This document shows, in pieces, positions 56,955-64,000 of a DNA stretch of 64,000 nt. The stretch lies in the NCBI RefSeq assembly GCF_009914755.1, contig NC_060931.1; one strand, given 5' to 3'. The position numbers were made by a program, and so were the translations under genes. Position 1 is the stretch's first letter. Each line of letters starts with the position of its first letter. The DNA is from the human T2T-CHM13v2.0 reference genome, Homo sapiens. Below the pieces are notes generated by a model. That model saw only the letters and a program-made list of their open reading frames with translations, ran no database searches and was not told the origin of the DNA.

Positions 56955-57786
56955 AACATCTTTTTTTAATCAGCTCTTGGCTCTTGGGTTATAAGCCAAG
57001 ATAGTGGACAAAAGTATTTGAAGAGTTTCTCTAGGAACTCTTTCTCCCTTTCTCCACAATCTTCCCTACCAATGGCACGTCATGCCTGCAGGGCAGCTTT
57101 GCCTCCTACACACCACCTGGGCTCACTGTCACAGCAAAGGGCAGCCGTAAAAGAACCAGGTCCCGGCTCTTGGCCATATCCTCCCAGGAACGAAGCAGGT
57201 GCCTCTGCCAAGCGTTACTTGAGGTGGAAGGGCTCATTTAGGTAACTTGTAAACCTTGACAGAAGCATCTTGGCCACCTTTATGCACTCTTACACTGCGG
57301 CATCCCAAACATCCTGCTGCTAATGTTCCTGTTTTACAGCATTTTAAAACCAATTTTCAAGTGAGTGTGTCATAAAATCACTCTATACAGGAAGTCAGTT
57401 CCATAATCTCCATGACATAAACTTTAAAAGCAAGATGTAGAATGCTGTTGGGATGCTCTGACATGCTTTTACACTGCACTCATTTGTAAATTTATTAGCA
57501 AATCATTAGGATATAAAAATCCACATCCGGCAACTGCTTACCAATTGTGGTAGGAGACATGGTAGGTTTTGTGACCTGGCAGGATGCAGAAAAATCATTC
57601 AGTCTGTGCATGGCTTCCTAATTTCCTAAGAGTTTGCTTTCTGGGAAGGTTTCCATGACAAACACAAACAAACCATTAGCCTGAGAACCTCATGTTGCTT
57701 TGTGGTTTAATATGCTGTATGACACAATAAGAAGTTCCTATCCTTGCCTCTCTTTTTACGCATTTGGCTTGTCTTCCTAAGCGTAG

Positions 57787-58600
<814 letters not shown>

Positions 58601-58900
58601 TTACCAACAGCATTTGTCTGATGTGAGCAGTATGTGCCTGGGCTTGCAGTGTTAAAAAACAACAACAACAAAAAAAAAAAAACACCACACACACATGAAC
58701 AGTAGTTGGGGGTCTCTCTCCCGGGGACAAGGGCTGGAGTTCGTGCTGACCTCCACCTGTCCTCATACTTACTCTGCCTGCTAGAGGGAAGGTGCTCCTA
58801 TGTGTTCCTGGGAAGTTGCTGCAATGCGGCCTGAGCGCCAGCGGGGCTAGGGGGCGCTGAGGCCACACGGAACGCCGGCGACTCACTGCGCCAGGCCGGG

Positions 58901-58990
58901 CCACCGTGCAGAACGCGCGCGGATCTCACACCCCACCATGCGGAACGCGCGCGGGTCACACACCGCACCGTACGGAACGCAGGCGGATCA
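58901..58990. repeat. CpG-rich 32-bp minisatellite, about 2.8 copies
   Basis: ccaccgtgcagaacgcgcgcggatctcacacc / ccaccatgcggaacgcgcgcgggtcacacacc / gcaccgtacggaacgcaggcggatca. Confidence 0.85.
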
Positions 58991-59134
58991 TGATTCATTC
59001 TCCCCTGCTCCTGGGGCCTCGGAGCCATCTCTTTTCTTGAAAGGCCTCCAGGTCTTGAGTGCCATCATGAATTAGAGTATGGGATATTTTGGACCAGAGG
59101 TGATGTTATTCATCCTACTTTACACTTAATTTTT

Positions 59135-64000
<4,866 letters not shown>

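Overview
This is primate (human-like) genomic DNA covering the 5' end of LMBR1 (minus strand; in human this is chr7q36.3, the SHH regulatory domain). The only protein-coding sequence I can support is the 66-nt first coding exon (42696-42761, MEGQDEVSAREQHFHSQVREST), which sits in a CpG-island promoter. Everything to its left is intron 1 and everything to its right is upstream intergenic DNA. Most of the window is transposon-derived: several old L1M copies, a near-full-length L1PB, a young L1PA, a complete THE1 provirus, an LTR12C, MLT/MST/MER LTRs, DNA-transposon relics, about 50 Alus and a U4 snRNA retrocopy. The long ORFs in the supplied track are decayed L1, Alu or GC-rich artefacts. I found no evidence of a new multi-gene system. 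The most notable observations are: (1) an LTR12C with the structure LTR + exact 18-nt tRNA-Arg PBS + duplicated U5 end, which looks like an integrated product of aberrant plus-strand transfer; (2) a strong-Kozak uORF coupled to an overlapping uATG just before the LMBR1 start codon; (3) two local templated insertions, one of them inverted; and (4) an orphan CpG patch with a 32-bp repeat and a CTCF-like core. Repeat subfamily names are assigned by recognition, not by database search, and boundaries are approximate unless target-site duplications (TSDs) are quoted.
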